Source: an uncultured archaeon
Lineage (GTDB): Archaea; Asgardarchaeota; Lokiarchaeia; Sigyniarchaeales; SOKP01
Reading direction: 5' to 3'
DNA length: 64,000 nt
Assembly: GCA_964508365.1 (NCBI GenBank)
Contig: CAZDTP010000001.1
Location: 1-64,000 of the forward strand
The position numbers and the translations under genes are program-made. The first letter of the stretch is position 1; every line of letters starts with the position of its first letter. Positions 60,408-64,000 of this stretch are shown here, piece after piece. The notes under the pieces were generated by a model that worked only from the letters and a program-made list of their open reading frames with translations, was not told where the DNA came from and searched no databases.

Positions 60408-61880
60408 ATGTTAGGGCACACCACTATTAGAGATTTTAAAATCAACGATTTTTTAACATTGAAGTTGGAGGGGGGAAGAACAATTATTTATGTCAATAAT
60501 CGCCCTTTTAGGCAATGCATGTATTTACTTTTAGACATTTCAGTGGATCGAGTTGAAAAATATGACGAAATCCGCTCAATTGACGAAGCAGCTGTGAAAT
60601 TGAGTCGTAAGATGGAGCAAAATCATAGATTAGTCCCTCCGGAAACAGAATTTTGGGGTCATTGCTCTAATCTTCAAGCTTGGGTTGATAATGATTATGA
60701 TACTCGAATTCTTCATCGTAATTTAGCATTTCCCTTATTGAAAGCACTCTGTGATGCTGGAGATCTGATAGCCAGAAGAAAATTTAAAGAAGAAATAGCT
60801 ATGAGATATGCTACCGGACATCCAACTGTAGTTAGGTTTCTTACTCAAAACGGTTATTTACATTATTTGACTGAAGATGAATTTGAAAGTATCCTAATTG
60901 ACATCGATTTTCCTAGTATTAAAGAATTTTCAAGAAAAATTTCAACACAATTAAAAACTCTGAACGATCCCGTATCTGAGAAAGAAATCAAATTACAAGT
61001 TTCGAAGTTTATGCATAATTTTCGGTTCTCCTTCAAGTATTTACTCCTAATTAAATCGATAGAAAACATTCCTAATGAATTAAAACAGGCATTCGTTGAA
61101 ATTATTTATAGTCGATATAAAAACAATAGAAGTTTTCCTATCCTTAAATTTCTGAACAAAGCTTTAGTAAATTATGAGAATTTAGATTTTAAATTGCTTA
61201 CATACAAAGACAAATTAATTGGAATTCTGCAAAATAATTTTCTAAATCTCCGTAATAAAATGATTGAAGATGTCGTAGATATTAAAGGTTTAGAAGAAAT
61301 CGAAGCAAATGTAGAGCATCTAGATCTAAGTAATAATAGACTTACTAAAATAAAAGGTTTAGATCGCTTAGAGAATTTAAAGAAGCTGATTTTAAAAAAT
61401 AACTATATTGGGAAAATTGAAGGGATTGAAGAACTTAAAAACTTAGAGTTGCTAGATCTGTCTGGAAATATTGATATTAAAGAAATACCAGAATGTTTGA
61501 ATGAGTTACCCAACTTACAGATTGTTAAATTAACAGGATGTAGAATTAGAGCTTTTTCAGATTCAGTTATGAGATATTTTTGGATGGGACAGAATTTCAG
61601 GTATTATACCGATTATACTAATGAAGAAGTCCAATATTACGAAAAAATTTACTCCTCAAGAGCGAGAGCTAATAATAGATTATACAAACATTTTGTCAAA
61701 TGGCTATTAAGGATTAGAGCTCAGATGATTAATTTTAACTTTGATCTTAAAGATATCAACAGGTATGAGCAGAAAAACTCTAAAACTGCCTTGTGCTCAG
61801 GTAATCCTACCAGAAGTTTCCTGAGTTATCTTGATGATAAAAAGCAATTACGAATAACAAAATTTTTAGGAATTGCTTAA
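60408..61880 (+). CDS. Leucine-rich-repeat protein with Lokiarchaeia-type N-terminal domain
   Basis: LDLSNNRLTKIKGL, LILKNNYIGKIEGI, LDLSGN repeats; N-terminal EFWGHCSNLQAW..N.YDTRILH.NLAFPLL block. Confidence 0.88.
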   Translation: MLGHTTIRDFKINDFLTLKLEGGRTIIYVNNRPFRQCMYLLLDISVDRVEKYDEIRSIDEAAVKLSRKMEQNHRLVPPETEFWGHCSNLQAWVDNDYDTRILHRNLAFPLLKALCDAGDLIARRKFKEEIAMRYATGHPTVVRFLTQNGYLHYLTEDEFESILIDIDFPSIKEFSRKISTQLKTLNDPVSEKEIKLQVSKFMHNFRFSFKYLLLIKSIENIPNELKQAFVEIIYSRYKNNRSFPILKFLNKALVNYENLDFKLLTYKDKLIGILQNNFLNLRNKMIEDVVDIKGLEEIEANVEHLDLSNNRLTKIKGLDRLENLKKLILKNNYIGKIEGIEELKNLELLDLSGNIDIKEIPECLNELPNLQIVKLTGCRIRAFSDSVMRYFWMGQNFRYYTDYTNEEVQYYEKIYSSRARANNRLYKHFVKWLLRIRAQMINFNFDLKDINRYEQKNSKTALCSGNPTRSFLSYLDDKKQLRITKFLGIA

Positions 61881-62062
61881 ATTAATTATTTAGCGTGGTT
61901 GAAATAGTAATTCTACATAGGTAAGTCAGGTTACTTGTCCTTGTAGATATTAAAATTTTACATAGCAAGAAATTCCAATTACTATATAGGTTAAATTATA
62001 GTTCGAGTAAAATTTTTCAAAAATAACTTCTTATCTTTCTAAATTATTACAATATTATCAAA

Positions 62063-63013
62063 CTAGGAATAATCTAGCATTCTTTCGATTGGGATTAATG
62101 CTTTTTTTGCAATTTCAGAAGGAACTTTTACCTCAAACATCGGATCATCTAAATGATCGAGTACGTACCTCATAAGTTCTATCGTGTTCTTTTTCATATT
62201 ATGACATAGAAGTTTCTCACTAATAAGGTGGAAATTCTTATTAGGGAAATCTTGTGCCATTCTCTCCATTAAACCTTTTTCTGTTCCGATACAAAACTCA
62301 TTTTCCGATGTAGTGCTATTTTTTACTCGGTTATACAATTGTGTTGTAGAACCTACAAATTCTGCTAAATCTCTGACTTCTCTAATACATTCGGGGTGAA
62401 CTAATATTTTACCCTTAGGATAAGCAATTCTGATTTTCTCCATATCTTCAATAGTTAATTGAGAATGCACGTAGCAATTTCCTTTTTCGGGCATTTTAAT
62501 GCATTTGATTCCTGATTTTTGCTCGGCATAATCTGCTAAATTCGCATCGGGTCCAAATAATACTGCTTTTGTATTGAATTCTGAACTAATTCGCTTTACA
62601 ATTTTAACTGCGTTTGAAGAGGTACAGCAGATGTCTGATTCCGCTTTAACTGCTGCTGTAGAGTTAACATAAACTACTACTGGTAAATTGAAATTGTTTA
62701 ATCTGAACTCTTTTACTTTATCCGCTGTTAAATAAGCTGCCATTGGGCAACTTGACTCGGGATTTGGTATCAGAACTTTTTTATTTTGATTTAAAATTGA
62801 AGCTGTCTCTGCCATAAAATCTACACCAGCAAATATAATGTAATCTGTGTCTGCTTTATTCGCAAGCCGGGATAAGCCTAAAGAATCACCTAAATGATCT
62901 GCAATATTTTGGATTTCTATAGGTTGGTAATAGTGAGCTAAAATTGTTGTCCCCGTTTCTTTTTTAAGTTTTAAAATTTCTTCTTGTATCTGTGTGACTG
63001 ACATTTTCTTCAA
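62063..63013 (-). CDS. nadA: Quinolinate synthase A (likely ATG at 63004)
   Basis: ILAHYYQ, GDSLGL, FMAETA, CPMA, YVNS, C.VH, HPEC, GTE, C..MK motifs. Confidence 0.95.
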   Translation of the reverse strand: MKKMSVTQIQEEILKLKKETGTTILAHYYQPIEIQNIADHLGDSLGLSRLANKADTDYIIFAGVDFMAETASILNQNKKVLIPNPESSCPMAAYLTADKVKEFRLNNFNLPVVVYVNSTAAVKAESDICCTSSNAVKIVKRISSEFNTKAVLFGPDANLADYAEQKSGIKCIKMPEKGNCYVHSQLTIEDMEKIRIAYPKGKILVHPECIREVRDLAEFVGSTTQLYNRVKNSTTSENEFCIGTEKGLMERMAQDFPNKNFHLISEKLLCHNMKKNTIELMRYVLDHLDDPMFEVKVPSEIAKKALIPIERMLDYS

Positions 63014-63101
63014 TATATATTGTGAAGTTCTTAAATAATCAAAAGTAATTAATATTTAATATAATTTAATTGAATTTATAATAATTATAAAGTGGAATAC
63101 A

Positions 63102-64000
63102 TTGAATGAACCCTTACAATTTATTTATAAAGAGGAGTTTTGGTACGTTAGTGCTTTCATAAACAGCGCTAATATTAACGCAGAGGCAAAAAGTAAGGAA
63201 ATCGAGGATCTTATCAAAACTAAGTTTAAAAATTTAGAGGAAAAAGATATATATCGAGAAGATCTTAAAACTGATATCTTGGAACTAATAAAACATATTT
63301 CTATTAAATGCAGTTGGGTTAAATGTTTATCTAATTTCCTCTATAAGGATGAAAATTCTGAGAGAGGCTTTAATACCTTAGGATATTTCCAATTTGAAGT
63401 TGAACACTATAAAGACGATCCGTCGAGTAAAAAATCGTTAAAACCCCTTATAATACAACAAGTTCCCTTTCTTGTTCTAAATATCCTTAAAGATTATAAC
63501 TATAAGTCTGGAAATGAAGGCATTCATTTTGATACTGAAAGCCCTATTTATGTGTTTATAACTTCTAACGAAAGCGAACCAAATAATATCGTCTGGAATC
63601 CCGATAATATCGAAAAATATAAGAAAGTAATTGCTTACTGGACTGAAATCTATTCAGGACAATGGGAAGATTATTCTGAAACATTACTTAACAAGAGAAT
63701 TGAAAATAATTTATCCAATCGGCTTTCAGAGCTACACTTCTTAAGAAGAAACTCTGGTTTTATTTACATGGCTGAGGAAAATTATGAAAAATTCTTTAAA
63801 TCCTACATGAAACAATATGTTATAGATCCTACCCCAAAACTTAGAGCTGTATTGTTTGTTTTACGCTCAATAAACGAATCGTTAGACTTATTGTTTCTAA
63901 AAACTCAATCACAAGCATTTCAAGGATTAAAAATAATAGAACAAAAAATTCGAAACTTAAGATTATTAAGAGGAATGATTCAAACTACTCTTAGCGCAAT
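63102..64000 (+). CDS. Hypothetical protein (3'-truncated by window edge; absent from ORF track)
   Basis: Frame is open from TTG at 63102 to the window end (MNEPLQFIYKEEFWYVSAF...WTEIYSGQWEDYSE...NRLSELHFLRRNSGFIYM...). Confidence 0.85.
   Translation, partial: MNEPLQFIYKEEFWYVSAFINSANINAEAKSKEIEDLIKTKFKNLEEKDIYREDLKTDILELIKHISIKCSWVKCLSNFLYKDENSERGFNTLGYFQFEVEHYKDDPSSKKSLKPLIIQQVPFLVLNILKDYNYKSGNEGIHFDTESPIYVFITSNESEPNNIVWNPDNIEKYKKVIAYWTEIYSGQWEDYSETLLNKRIENNLSNRLSELHFLRRNSGFIYMAEENYEKFFKSYMKQYVIDPTPKLRAVLFVLRSINESLDLLFLKTQSQAFQGLKIIEQKIRNLRLLRGMIQTTLSA

Noticed and set aside
2896-62063. Numerous 60-180-aa antisense or nested ORFs in the track (e.g. 2896, 4756, 10335, 11544, 13828, 20277, 31874, 43973, 53934, 57206)
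   Set aside because: They overlap well-supported genes on the other strand or frame and lack motifs; treated as shadow ORFs.
1-64000. CRISPR arrays, tRNA/rRNA genes, IS elements/transposases, integrases
   Set aside because: No regularly spaced repeats, cloverleaf or GC-rich structural RNA segments, or transposase/integrase motifs were seen. tRNAscan-SE and Rfam were not run.

Overview
AT-rich, gene-dense archaeal chromosomal segment, most consistent with Asgard archaea (Lokiarchaeia/Promethearchaeota). The basis is a divergent actin, a Rab-like small GTPase, a longin-like protein, a ubiquitin-fold protein, a Loki-type LRR protein, and archaeal DRG, PINA and EndA genes. About 55 CDS are supported, including housekeeping genes (guaB, purH, folD, nadA, endA) and many metabolic and membrane genes. 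Both window ends cut through genes. I found no rRNA, tRNA, CRISPR array or intact mobile element by eye. Main points of interest: (1) an actin-family protein with a ~130-aa double zinc-ribbon/proline-rich insertion; (2) an 83-aa GG-ending ubiquitin-fold protein missing from the ORF track; (3) four genes whose reading frames lack ATG/GTG/TTG at the apparent N-terminus but have an SD-like motif just upstream, suggesting non-canonical initiation; (4) a 910-aa HEAT plus tandem winged-helix protein reminiscent of UFL1; (5) an SSUH2-like zinc-finger protein; (6) a sirtuin / CoA-transferase-GNAT / ACT cluster. There are also two pseudogene remnants and a perfect 18-bp palindrome upstream of a ZIP-DtxR pair. 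All family calls come from visual motif recognition; no database searches were run.
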